A stretch of DNA of 64,000 nt from Balanoglossus misakiensis (taxonomy: Eukaryota; Animalia; Hemichordata). Below the pieces are notes generated by a model. That model saw only the letters and a list, made by a program, of their open reading frames with translations, did not search any database and had not been told where the DNA came from. Below are positions 38,348 to 52,500 of this stretch, one piece after another (within the stretch, counting starts at the first letter, position 1; each line of letters starts with the position of its first letter). Both the position numbers and the translations under genes were made by a program. Location of the stretch: assembly GCA_040954595.2 (NCBI GenBank), contig CM082577.2:1240001-1304000 (forward strand). The letters run 5' to 3'.

Positions 38348-40508
38348 CGTTCACTGTGTCCACAATGTTTCAACACTATTCGCTACCTTAGGTGGACACT
38401 TGCACAATACGTAGATTGTCTTTGCGACGTCCGCGTGTGGCGGATATTTGCATGATGACGACGGAAATAGCTAACGTTGTAGCTGGTAGCGTTAGCTACT
38501 CGCCCGCAGAATGCAATATGTGTATGTAGCCCGATACACATTTTCTAATACTCATTACGCATGCATGAATACAACACATATGCTCTCAGCCAATCAGGCG
38601 GCCTTGCGTTGGTGATGTATAACATTCCTCTCACTTCTCTCTCGAGCATTTGTGGAGGCTTTTTTTTGAACGGCTCACAGATATCAAATATTGAGTGGGT
38701 GTGTACTTTCTAATGGGGTCGTGGCAGGGCGCGGACCATTCTGAAACAAGCGCTAGAAACATCTGAATGCGATAATCGTTTTCAGTTCAACATGAAATGC
38801 CCTATCCCTGGAAGACACAAGTAATACAAATAGATGTAAGTATTATTTGAACAAAATACCCAGGCACAGACACAGACAAATAATTTATCCCCTCTTTCCG
38901 TCAACAGAAGCTGTTGCTAGGCGACAGTCACGTGGCTAATGGTGTTCTTTCATCTCGTTCAAAGCGGCGGAAGCAATGGTACTTCTCTGTAGGGGCGGCT
39001 GTTTCAAAATCACCAAGTGATGTCACGAACTATTCCGTTCTTCCAATTTTGCTCGTAGACGTAGGCGCTGTAATCAACAATGTTCACGTGAAATGCCTCC
39101 CCTGCACAGCCTGGAACAGTCGTGACCTGTAAATATGTTTGGAAAAGTGAAGAAATCATTTATCAAGACGGATGTGCATGATGGATGACGTCATAATAGC
39201 AGACTGTTAGCTTGAGTGACACGTCTAGGGTCAGTTCTGTCCCCGATGCGCATAAATAAGACTTTTGTACACCTCCGCATTCATGGTTTATTCATGATAC
39301 CATGATCGGACTACACAGGGTGTTATGAAATATGCTTGTCTCACAAATGACATCTGTTCACACTTGCCGAGTTTATCTCTGCTTTCAGCGTGTGCGGAAT
39401 CGCAGTACATATAGCGCCCCCATGTGACTGATTGTACATGTATTCATCTTTCGTAGCAGTTGGCCAGTGTGGCAGACTGTCGAAAAAAGTACAAGGTGAC
39501 GTCATCTCTAGGGTCTATGGTGAGGTACATGGTTATATGCCGTGAATAAAGGTAAATGTAGATGTATACCCAACGCCTCCAAGTCGTACCCACATGTCCT
39601 ATCCATTTTGATTGCTGCTTCAAGGGTTTTCTACCACAGACTTGTTCAAGGTTCTCTGTAACATGAATATATTACAATTTTCGCAAAGATGTGATTCGCT
39701 GTGAATTTGATCAAGAGTCTCCTGACGAATTCCCTCGGAAATCCCTGTTTTTTCTCAAATCGGGGGGGGGGGGGGGGGTTAAAATAGCTGCCGGTGATGT
39801 ACAGCTCGACTCAGACGCTAAAGTTAAAAGAATTGGATGCAACTCGTCAGATATATCTCACAAGATCAGCTCAGGTTAGAGGCGCGCTCATTGTTCTTTT
39901 GATCTTTCTAAATTATAGAAACGATTTAATTTTAGAAATGATTGTGCAGAGAAAAGATGGCCGGTGCCATGCTACTCTCTATGGTATGGGTTTTCAGCAT
40001 AGTGTTCTTCCCAAATACGTCCTTACAACATGTACGCTTTCGACAGTGGCCACCTGACGACTGTGACATTGAAGTGATGGCCGAGACAGAAAAATGAACT
40101 TCGATGTTTCGAAAAGTCACATTTACATAATCGACTTTGCGAAAGACCGGCCAGAGATGTCCCCTTGATTCGATTCAGGCGATCGCCAATCAACTGTCAT
40201 CCTTCTCACACAATACCGAAAAGAACACGATTCGTATTTGTTTAGTGATTCAATAATCCAGCTATCGACGTTTTGTAAGCTGACATTATTACTGCTTATG
40301 TGGGGGAAGGGGGCAAAGGACGCACCAAGTAAATGTCAGCGGGTAAGCAGCGGGTCATCTGATAAGTAGAGGAAAATGAGCAAATATTTGAAAACTGGTT
40401 TACGTGGTTTCGTCTGCCATAACGGTGGCCAGTACTACGGTGTATTTCCGTACTTGCTCACACCTTCGTTGTAGCATACTAGGGTCTATGGTTGTAGTCG
40501 GCGGCAGA

Positions 40509-40590
40509 TACAGTCAAACCTGTGCATAGTGGTCAGTCAAGGGGCTTTCCTAAACTGGCCTTTACAGACAGGTGATATAGACAGGTCAAT
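40509..40590 (+). mobile_element. Truncated Tc1/mariner-pogo-like MITE end
   Basis: TA-CAGTCAAACCTGT terminus followed by repeated TA(C/T)AGACAGGT sub-terminal motifs; no matching opposite end found. A similar CAGTCAAACTCTGCTATCTCGAA start occurs at ~34735. Confidence 0.35.
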
Positions 40591-41317
40591 TAACGTACAT
40601 GCAACAAATGCAAAACAGGGAACAACACCTTATGCAACTTGAACTTGGTGACCGAGAAAATGATAAATTATCATATAGCCGTAATTCTCTGAGCAAACGA
40701 GGATGCGGTCCAAAAAGCAATTAATCCAGGGAAGAACTCATCAATTTAATGTAAAGAAAATCGCGTACATGAGTTTTGAATAGTAAAGTACTCGTAGTTC
40801 CATTCAACTTGAATTAGCATATCCTTGTGTAAGTCAGGGGTCATCTACCTCAGTTGATGAATTCGAGTCGCGAAACAATGTGTAGCTTTTGTGGTGTGAT
40901 ATCAACCGAAAAACAAAAGGGAAATTACAATAATATGCTTTTGGGGACAATTGCTCGCAATAACCGCAACACAACAACAAAATATTTCGTTTCTGATCCG
41001 GGATTTCTTATTCAAGACAAGATTATGGTCTAAAAGTTCAAAAACATTTTCCTTGCCATCCTTGCTGTAGGAGTCGGACAATTGGGTTGCCAGCTCCATC
41101 ATCTAATCTCGATTGGTATTTCAGGGGTTCATGGGTCATGACATTTAAAATAAAATACAATTGAGCAGACAATGGTGGTCGTTTCTGTAAACAAGCCAGA
41201 TTGTTGTCCGACTAATCTAGACAACACTGCTTTCTGATTGGGTGGTTCATCGCGAGATCTAAAACAATAAGGACCCGCCTAATAAGATCAAAGCTCCGCC
41301 CAATTCTAGGCCCAAGA

Positions 41318-41411
41318 TATATAGCGAGTTATGCCAGATAAGAGGTATTTTCTCCGAAGACGTGATCGGTGGCGGTTTCCATCGCGCGTAGGATTTCCTC
41401 TTACTTTCCAG
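41318..41411 (+). promoter_or_regulatory. Putative core promoter and non-coding first exon of the FOXRED2-like gene
   Basis: TATATA at ~41318, GC-box-like CCCGCC/CCGCCC at ~41274-41301, ATTGG (CCAAT reverse) at ~41237, and a CAG|GTAGGT donor at 41411/41412 that can splice to the TTTTCAG acceptor at 41767. Confidence 0.4.
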
Positions 41412-41790
41412 GTAGGTGGTTTCAAATTACTCTCACCAAGACCCTTTTTAAAATCTACCTGATCATCAAATTACTAGACTATGTCTACTTTTCCGTCTTG
41501 CGTTCTTCTTAATAATTCATTGTGGTAGAATCTACCTCCATGCCTTAATTTATGCACAATTGGTCGCAGTACAAAATCAGAGAAGTGCAGCCTTTTTACC
41601 ACCAAATCTGCAATTTTGTTTGTCTTGGAAGTTTCTATAACCAATAACAGAGACATTGCCCCAAGCTTCTGTGAGATATGTGTTTGAAGGCGCAATCACT
41701 TCACAACACAACGGAGACCATGAAAAATCTCTATTCTCTCATCCACAATCGTCCTTACCGTTTTCAGAGTCCCGAGGTTGAAATCAAATC

Positions 41791-44700
41791 ATGGCTACCA
41801 AGACAGGTACGTTGATCGAGTTACTTATTCCACTTTCGAGACCTTTTTGTGCAGTTTTCCATTGTATAAACACTTAATTTCTAACTTTCATCCAGAACCT
41901 ATGCAGTGTACACTGATTTTTGTGTGTAGGGGGTGTGCCTTTGGATAATTACTACGCGCTACGCTAGCTGTGAAAACGTTGAAAAACAACTGGAATCAAC
42001 TTTACCGTGAGATTTTTTCTCTAATCCATATACTTCATGGTTTTATGTTTAGCCATTATATATTGTTTCCTCTTTGCAACAGATTATGAATACATCGTGA
42101 TCGGCGCCGGTCCAGCCGGTGTACAGATCTCCTACAACATGAAGCGTCTGAATATGGATTATCTAGTGGTCGAAAGAGCCGATGGTCCAGGATCCTTCTA
42201 CCGCAAATATCCACGTCATCGTACACTCATTTCAATCAACAAGAAATACAACGTGTTTCCCGAGGCCGAATTCAACCTGCGTCATGATTGGAACTCACTG
42301 GTCAACGACGAAGTTGACGACCCGTTACTTTTCACGAACTACACAGAAGAGCTCTTTCCGGACGCTGGCCTTCTTGTCAAGTAAGTTCAATGTTTTTCGC
42401 GCCAAACTTTCAAGGAACAGTCCTTCGGGCAGAAGAGTTATCAGTTGTATCGAGGTTGTATCCCGCTTTCTGAAATCGTGTAATGCATTCCCTGCACTAA
42501 TTTCCTCTTTTCGGTTTCCTGCTTTCAGATACATTGAAGATTTCTGCGACAAATACAAAATGAACATTCAATACAACACCAATATCGTCAACGTGCACAG
42601 GGAAGAGATGAAGGATGGTCAAAAATCCAAATCGAAATTCACCTTGACTGACGACAAGGGTAACACCCTGACGTGCCGAGTTCTACTGGTCGGCACAGGT
42701 CCAATCTTACCGCACCATCCACAAATTCCAGGAATCGACGTCATCGATTCATACCAAGATCACAGTCTGGATTTAGAAGAATATAAGAACAAGAAAGTTT
42801 GCATCCTTGGTGGCGGCAACAGTGCATTTGAGGTGACTAGAGCGCCACCTATAGGCGGCATTTATGATTAGTGTTGGTTTTACGTCGGAGAATCTTAGCC
42901 TGTGTTTTACAGTAACTATTCTTGTTGTGATTGAACGATAGGAACGCTGAAACGTTGTAAAAAAGAAAACGTAGGCTACCAGCTTATTTCCGTGTTCTTA
43001 TTTTCCGGAATGTGTCTGCTATTTTTCCAGGTTGCTGATCATTTGGCCGGCAGTGCTGGTCTGATTCACATGTTCAACAGGCACCCGGTCAAATTCGCCT
43101 GGGACACTCACTTCGTGGGTCATCTAAGAGCCGTCAACAACAACGTCCTCGACATGTACCACCTGAAATCCCTCCATGCATTGCGCAAGTGCGAGGCCAC
43201 CAGAGTGTGGAAGACAGAGGACGGCAAATTCAGTATCGAATACGACATGCATCTGCCAAACTGGGATCCACCAGGCACAGGTCGCTTCGTCACCAGCGGA
43301 TACGACAAGATCATCTCTTGCACTGGGTGGAAATTCATCAACGTTGGAATGTTTGATGACACGTGCAAACCAGGTGAGTAAGAGAGAGGGTACATTCAAC
43401 TTAGAGGGCGGTACCGTGTCTCAAACCAATCAACTCAGTACACCTTTGCAAAGCATATAACCGGGTTTTTCTTTCTTATTCAGAGACGCACACCGAAGGC
43501 AAATATCCAGTTCTTGACGCTCATTGGCAGACCACCGTCCCAGACCTTTACGTGATTGGCACAGCCATGCAAGCACGTGACAGGCGAGCTGCTTCCGGTT
43601 TCATCCATGGCTTCCGCTACAACGTCCGATCACTTGCAAACATGTTAAATTTCACTTACGACAAGGTTGAGTTGCCCAGGAAAGTGTTCAGTCCTATTGA
43701 CCAAGAAGAAGTCTGCAACTGGGCCATCAGTAAGAAAAACTACCAATGTATTATATTGTGAAGAAAAGAATTCAAGAGACATAATTTTTCTTGATTTGAC
43801 TGGAACGGGTGTCCATGACACACGGCATCATAGATCATTTGAACGATCGTCAAACTGAACATGCTCGTAGCAATGTCATGGGGTAACATTTTCCTCTGTC
43901 ACAACGACTGCCGAATGTAATTCACAGAAAATTGACTTTTTTGTCCTTCAGAACACGTCAGTGTGGTCTCTGCGCTCTATCAGATGGGCCAGGGATTCCT
44001 GTGTGACGTCATGCTTGTCACACCTAAAGAAGGCGGCAAAGAAGGAAAAGTAGAATACATCCGGGAGGTTCCACAAGCCTGGCTGACGTCACAGGACTGG
44101 TTTAAGAAATCAAAGCTAGCAATTGTCGTGACCATTGAAGACACAATAGCTAAGTACGTGCATATCACCTCTCTTCTCAATTTGATAAAACAGACTCTCT
44201 TCTTGTGTGACAACTGACCGAGTGTTGTCGATTTTGATAAAACATTCTGTGAACGAATAGCCTCAATGCTTGTGGCGTGACTAGCAATACACAGTGATGT
44301 TCTGGTGGCTGAGAATGACAATTATCTAAAACCTGAAAGGCCAGTTCCTGCCTAATCGTTACAGAAAAACAGATTTCGTGTTTTTTTTAATCAGATACCC
44401 ACAGTTGAGTGCAACTGAGTTCTTTACACCAGGCGACGCCAATGTTTCCAATTGCAAGTGCTCGCCATTTCCTCAAGCTGTCTTCAGAGTCTTCAAAGAA
44501 GGCGAGATGGTGGAAGATCTTTACATCGGAGGATCTCTGGTCGTCCGTGCAGACACTCGCAACTTTGATGGTGACACCAACCCAGAAAGATATGTCAATA
44601 AACTGAAGAATCTTTTCCATCGCCATGTAAGTAGTCACGTGATTCTAAATACTTCCCTGTAAGCCATATTGGCATAGTGGTGAATCGATGCCAGTTTTCT

Positions 44701-44950
44701 CACGTCTGTTTAATTACCACCCGCAAGCTCATAGTCTTTTTTTTGTATTCCGTCGCAGACTGGTATCGGCAAGGATGGTTTTTACGAACAGCTCTTCACG
44801 CCAGACATGTGGCCCAAGGTATACCGCCCATGGACACAGGAAGAGATTGCAGAGAAAACCAAAATGGAAACGGACAAAATTAAGAAAGCGTCCGTGTATG
44901 AATGTAGTATGTCCGTTCTCAGACCCAAAATCGACATCGCTGATATGTAA
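41791..44950 (+). CDS. FOXRED2: FAD-dependent oxidoreductase domain-containing protein 2-like (FOXRED2/ERFAD family), ~610 aa
   Basis: Exons 41791-41806, 42083-42380 (IVIGAGPAG..PGSFYRKYPRHRTLISINK..EFNLRHDWNSL), 42529-42832 (ILGGGNSAFE), 43031-43373 (FAWDTHFVGHLRAVNNNVLDMYHLKS..CTGWKF), 43484-43729 (ASGFIHGFRYNVRSL), 43952-44153 (SALYQM..LCDV), 44395-44626, 44759-44950. Phases are consistent, 1833 nt. These motifs are characteristic of the FOXRED2 family; strict orthology is untested. Confidence 0.88.
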
Positions 44951-47169
44951 ATCAATACAAGAATTCTTACCATTCTTGACGAGTCCATATCTCACACAGC
45001 TTTCAACGGGACGACTCCAAAATGTCCATAATAAGTGAAGTTCCATGCTAACAGGGAAAATGTCATGGCTACACGCACCGTGATTGTACATTTCGCGATT
45101 GATATCCATTTTACTCGACTTTGGAAATGACTTTGAGACTAGTTGTACAGAATGGTATCAGGAAGACCAGCATTGATATTCTATGACGTGTAGCATTTAA
45201 ATGCCGCGAAACTAGATGAACATTTTAGATCAGTTTGATCATATGTGCAACGTTAATGAATTTTCTTTTTTTACGACGACAATATTGTACAAAAACAGAC
45301 GACACAGCGTCAAGATTATTACATTATTTACTTCCTTCAAATATAAAGTAAATTCACTAAAAGTTGAAATTATTTTGAACTGAGAAAATTGTCTATCATT
45401 GCAACAATCTTGTTACTAAATAGGATGACACAGGATTATGATCGCATATGCTACTTTCTTTTAAACTCAAAACAAATTCAACTGAAATATGTAAGTTAAT
45501 TCAAAGAGCCTAGAAAAATGTCTACAGCTACAACACTTCTGTCACATAAACACATTTTACTTCGACTTTCAAAATAAATGATCTGAACAACAATAATACA
45601 AAAGACAAAAACATAATGAATCGATACCAACACCAAATATACGTAAAATACTAAAATACATTTTAATGGCATTTACCCAGACTAACGACAAAAATGGACA
45701 CACAAAACAACACAATTGAACACAAACATGATTTCTAACGAATTTGAAATTACGGAGACATCGTACAACATCGGTTACAGTTAAACGTACTTCAATTATT
45801 AGGGTTGCCATGGTGACATCAATCCAACCTAGAAATAGTACATCGGCTAATTGCAATGGAATTCAAACAAGACACACAGACAGTCACCGATATCAGTATT
45901 CACGACAGCAAATTATAACGGCTATCTATCTTGGCTAATGTAAACTGCGGCTAACCTCGACAATAGGAAAGATTATTGCTGATAGGGCGCCAAAATGCTT
46001 CTTTGCTTTGCCAGCCACTTATTCAGCATTCCAGCGAGATCGCCCAGCCGAGGCCGACTTCTAACGACACGCCATGAATTTTATATCCACAACGTGAGCC
46101 GGCGGAGAAATTGTTCAAAAATGCATAATGTCACAGAAGGTCACCCAAATGCATTACTCGTGCAAAGTCAGAATGGGTTAATCTCATCAGCACGGACGAG
46201 AGTTGCGGTCCATTACTGGAGAATTGCACAGAACAAACAAACAAATCTGAAGTGGTAGGTCGCAGATGACAAAAACTCACGAGCGACTGACAAATGATAA
46301 AATATTCAAGCGTTTCAGAATAAATAGGGAGTTGCAACATCATTGTAAAACTGACATCCTTGTCACGGATTCCTCAAAGTTTGATCTCCGTCAAGGATTG
46401 TGTTTGGGTCTGTAGCTGATTTTAATGTTTATTGGTAAGTGTGGTGACTGTTTCACACCATGGCTTTTGCTACTTTTAAATTAATGGCAGTTATAAATCT
46501 CCCGTCATTGTTACAAAATTAGTACAGTTTTTTCTACTATTAAAAAAGTAATGGCCTCCGTCAGGCATAAAAGAGATATTGTCAAACAGCACGCAGTTAG
46601 CAGAAGCAAATGTATTTGCATCACAGCCCACCATGCAGTATTGCCAATTATGGAATGTCCAAGGTACGTTCATCATGGAGTGATGGACAGGCGGGGGTGA
46701 CGGTGGTCCTTCTGGTGAATACACGGAACTATGGTCGGTGTGTTTGGAGATTAGGTGCACTCTACAATATGACAATTCTAATCAGGCTTGTATCGTCTGC
46801 AGAGGTAGAGGTGACTCATTTCTCTCAAGGTGTGTTGACGAGAGCGGAACAGTTTTATCTAAAGTGATCGACACTTACAATCTACGAACTCCGATTTTTA
46901 ACATCACTGTTCACTTTTCTCCTAAACAGTCTTATTTATACAAAACTAAAACAGTCACTGTGCATGAGACTGACACCTTTCCCGTGGGTCACGTGTCCCG
47001 AATTCTGTAGATTCCTGCCAATCCAGTCTCTTGAATCGACGGGTCCAATCTGTATCAGATCAACTGATATATCCCATGATTCCATGGACTATGGTACCCG
47101 GATGAAAAAGACATATCTGTTATCAATTCGTAGATGCTATTACCCACACAACACAACAAAAGTGTAAAA

Positions 47170-49491
47170 TCACACAGGAGTTGTTTTACGGACAGTTTCG
47201 AATGAATACGGGCGTGACAAGCGACCGTCTTGTTTCTGAAATGAAGATTTCGGCGAATAATTTCCGTCGGTAGAATTCAGCAGGCTCATTGAATATTCTC
47301 CTGTGCCGTCCGCAGTCACCGTCGGATCCCCGAGCTCCGGTGCGTTGTAGTCGTACTGGTTGTAGGTTAGGGATTGGCAAAGGTCTTGTGTTTTAGAACC
47401 CGACCATGACCTTGATCTCAGTCTCGGGTATTCATCCACGTGGGTCCGCGCTTCAATATGTTTCCTAATGGTGTGCTTGTGTCGTGATATGTGTAGGTAA
47501 ACCAGGAGAACACCGGCCAGCTCGGTGAACGTGAATGACGTCACCGTCAGGACGAACGACCAGCCGTATTTATAAAAGAATGTTTGGTCACTGTACGGAG
47601 ATTCTGGGCGGGCTCTGCTTCCGTATTCGTCACTGACACTGGAGATATACATGAGTAAACCGACTATGCTGCATAAACCTGGGAATTAAAAGCAAAAATT
47701 AACATTATTTCATGGAAAGTGCTAGATTTTCGAAGTCACCCAAACTACACCGCGATGAAATATATAAGCAATGGATGAATTTACGTTCCTCTAGCAAGTC
47801 ATTTATTTACTTACTTAAAGAATAGACTAAAATAGAATAGAAGGCTAGATACACAAGACAAGACAAGACAAGACAAGACAAGACAAGACAAGACAAGACA
47901 AGACAACACAAGACAACACAACACAACACAACACAACACAACACAATGTAATTCCCGTAGAAACTGCATGCTGCATGTTCTCCACATACGTTTTTTCCAA
48001 CCCAAAACGCATGCGCAGTTACCTACCTGCAAGGACGGATAAGACTCCAGCAATCAGAGTTAGATGAATCCTATGCTTTCTAAAATGACCCCAAAAACAC
48101 ACAACGGTTGCCGCAAATTGCAAACCTAGGGATAATATGGGAAAGGCACTTGATGCTCTTATGTAGTCTGTGAAAAGAAGAACAATTTATTCAATGGAAG
48201 GTTTTATGCAGGTACGGTTCACGATATCGCAATTTTGTCCCCGACAATGACATTGAATGGGAATGAGAATGGCGCACAAAGATTTCAACTCGCTAAGGAT
48301 TTGAAGTCAGGTGATAGATTCATAGGATTTCATAAATCATTGATAGCTAAAGGTAATTCTGCGGAATGGCGGATGTGGAGAACCTCCTTAACTTTATAGT
48401 GGAATATAACTGTAACTCTAAGGGAGGCAGCCCTTTTGACGGAACAGCGTCTGTGAATTTAAGGAGAAAACAATCCTGGAAATAAATGTCAAAAGTCGAG
48501 TGAAATGTCGTGTGTGACTTTCCCTACGGCTACAGAGTGATAGATAGATGTTTGGGGAGATTTGAGGAATCGGCTGAACAATTTGTAAACAATTTGTGGC
48601 ACGCTGTGAATACAACGTGAAATATTCTTCATGAAAGAGTACACACCGTTTTCAGTCTTAAGCTCCATCTGGTTTATTTAGATTCCGAGATCCTGCTTAT
48701 CACGTAAATAGGAGCACGTTGAATTGTTTGGTAGCAACACGCAATAACGTGATCCCGCTAAATTGTAGGTATAAGCTTATGATCATATACGTTGCAATTA
48801 CGAATGCCGGAGAACTACATCAAGAGGCTGTAGATGCAATCAGCCTTGCATACCAACAGTACGTGAGTCGCGTTTTATTGATCTTCACTTGTGCGAAACA
48901 ATTGTGAGGAGGTTTTTTTTTCGAATAATGTAAAATAAAGGTGGCCCCGGTGGATGTATATGACGAATCTGTCAGGAAAACACTGATGCGCTAGGATGTA
49001 ATGACTGCCGTGCGGCCCCACGACAATATAACGGCTTTCAAACGAATCTATCATTCATCAATAATCCATGATGTGTGATGCAGCGGGATTCACCCATTGA
49101 CTGTGGTTACTTATTATTATATTTGTCATCTCAATGCAAAAAAGTCAACGCAGTTATGGAAAGAAGCGTGCTCCGATGAACCTATCAAATCCTTCGGGCA
49201 AATAACATTTCTTGTGTGTGCGTAATTTTCTATATTATGCGATTCATTTCAGTTCCCACCAACATGGGATAATCTACTGGAATTCTGCCGAGGCGTTATC
49301 TACAACATCAGACCACGCTCGAAAGTCACACTTCAGCGCCGAAATAAACGCCTACTGAATATTCAATTATCACATTCGGTCATCGTTATTCTCAAATTGG
49401 CAATCTTCACGAGAAAATGCTCAAACATTTTGTTAGATTTGGCATTTTACCATTTAAAATACCCACTGTATTAATTTACCCTTGAAAAAAT

Positions 49492-49566
<75 letters not shown>

Positions 49567-52500
49567 GTCGTCGTCGTCGTCGTCGTCGTCGTCATTGTTG
49601 TTTTTGTATTGTCGCCGTCGTCATCATTATCATTATTAGCATTACCATTATGTATGCATAGTTGTTGTTCTTGTAACCATGGAGATGACACCGTTCTCGC
49701 TGCTACCTCCATAATGTAACTCACAATATTCCGTTGTTAAACCTCCATCATGACGACAAATATTCGATTTGACGGATAAACACTTACCAAATATTTTGTC
49801 GCCTGGTTGAGCTGACGCATCAGAAAATGAATCCGAGGGAAAGTGATCGATCACGTGACACGTGGGCAATCCATTATCTGTGAAATCAGGGAAAAGAGAA
49901 AATCAGTGATGTCCACGTGACCACAAATTAAATAAGCGTCAATTTAACTTTTAAAAAGTTGCCTCGTCTGTTGAAGGCTTCTGAAGAGAAATCTGCATCA
50001 CACGAAACGTATCGTCAGACGCCAGACTCTTTATGATTTTTGTCTTGTCCAGTGAACATACCAGAGATCCCCGTCCTAAAATACAAAACACCTTACAACT
50101 GTTCTTATGTTCCGAATTATTCTTTCCGGTCTAGTTTCTTTCTGGACCAATGAATGAAATACTTTGTTATGGCTCACTTGAGCTGGGTCACATGGCTTGC
50201 AGGCATCATATTGTATAATCCCGTTAAAGATGAGAAAAATACAACATTCCGTCGTTGTTAATCTAAAAACACGATATATGTTGGAGATGAAAAATTCAGT
50301 GCGCCATGCAACATATGTAAGGAAAAATAATTCTCCCCAGGGAATTACTAAAGGGGGCGTCTGTCAGGGTAAACATAACATTCGTTTATTCAGTTGTTAT
50401 TCAGCAATTTAGCGTCGTCGTTTCTTGCCCCCTTTGACCCTTATGAGGTCAGCTTCATTTTGATCCTAATACTGCGATAGTAATAGGTTAGATGGTTTAG
50501 ATGAAAATGACACAGACATGAAAGTAATGTGTTTGCACGCATATACAGTTGCCATTATTTATCATCGGGGATAACTCTCGAGACGATGTATATGCATTTG
50601 AGACCTTAGCAATCGTCGGAGTCAACTTTTGACCTGAAATATATTTTCTCTCTGCAGATTTAATCTTTATCGACATGGCGTCTTATAAATCAGAAAGGCG
50701 CGGTTTCTTCCAACACTGTTTCATGAATTATGTATTTTTGAATGTTTGGAATGTTTGTACATTTTTTAGACAAGATTACTTTATCTATTCTGTCTACGTG
50801 AGTTTAATATTTCCATATTTCCATACATTATATTAGGTTGGATATGGGCCATTCGCTACGTGACTGAATTCGAGATAAGAATCTTGTACTCTTAGTGTGT
50901 TTTTTCTGAGCGAATGTTGAGATTTGGACAGCATATCGTTGAATCAAATCAAACCTTCAATCTATATCCCAAATGTGCTCTACGTGTTTCCAACCTCGTG
51001 CGCCCCAGAAATGCCACTGTCGATACCAGATCAAAACAGAAACAATTCAATCGGCAATAATAGGATGCAGCAATATAAAGGATTAATACCAAACGGAATC
51101 AAATGAAAGAAATGCAAAGTAACACAGGTAAATTCATCATGACAAGGAAACAATCATTGACATTAGATTCACACAACGTCAAAGGGACACTACGACCGGG
51201 ATACCCGAGATAAATCCATTTCAGACACGTATCACCGTGATACAGGTACAATTCCTCACGCACGACACGGTGACACGCTCATCACAGAATCTGTATTTGA
51301 TATGTGTAATAGCGTAAATGTAATATATCGATACGCACGATTCCATACATCGGGACACTGTTACAGTAATGCACACATGCAGCGCGTGACAGTTGTTGGA
51401 GATAGAACACACAGATACGTTGTCACCGATGCACACATTGTCAGACACACGCCATTAAAGGGATGTAAACATGGCAATTTTATAGCCAGGCAAATTTGTG
51501 TAGCCGCCACACGTTCCTAGACTGATAAACTTGAACTGCCGTCTGCCGACGCACTGAACTAACCGCCATGAACATCAAACCGTTTCCTCGCGTTTAAAAC
51601 TGAAAGCATCCGAGATACGGCAAATCAAAATTCCTGTTACATCGGCAAATCAAAATTCCTGTTACATCGGCAAATCAAAATTCTTGTTACATCGGCCCAT
51701 ATTCCCCAGTAACAAGCGGAGTAATATCAAGACTTAATGGAACATCGTGACAACCAAGTGGAACCGATTACTCCGTGGAAGTAGCACCGGAAACTGTAAT
51801 AAATAGACCTTGGACATTAAGAAAGACACAACTCCATCATTTCGCTGCCTATTTGTACAACAAGATGGTGTAAATGGGAATATTACCGACCACATGGATA
51901 ACGAAAACAACCAACGCGGGAAGAATACATTATTTAGCGATCATTGACAGGGTCCGCTTTTTGTTTCACCTTCAGTTTTATCGTTAGGCTTCAAAACCCA
52001 ATTGGGATCAGCGTAAATTGTAAATTACTGAAAGTTATTGCCGTTTTTTCTCTTCTGGGGAGGTTTTAATGGTGTAAGTTCGAAGGTCAAAATAATTCAC
52101 GATGCGATTTTGGTACTGCTAAATGCTGTTGATAAAATCACAACCTTTAAGAGGAAACATTGTCTTTCGTCGTCAAACCCGGTTTTGGAACGGGCGGGAA
52201 TGTATGATACGGCGTATAAATGTTCGAAGTAAAAGTATTAAGTATAGCGACAGACATGTTGCATAATATCGATGACGTGGATTGACTGGATATCATAATT
52301 GGTTTTGTTTTATCATCTCTCTGATTGCAAGGATGTCAAATTATCCAAATTGCTTGTTAAATGGTTCATTTGTGTCGGCGAAATCCACTTGGTGAGCGCA
52401 TGTGTCATAAAACTACCTTGCGGCCAACCCAATTACGGTGACTACATTATGCATTTTGTATTGAGATTGCATTCATGGCGATTGACAGTTCGACCAAGTA

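Noticed and set aside
49476-49724. ORF with poly-Thr/poly-Met
   Set aside because: Translation of the intronic (CAT)n(CGT)n microsatellite.
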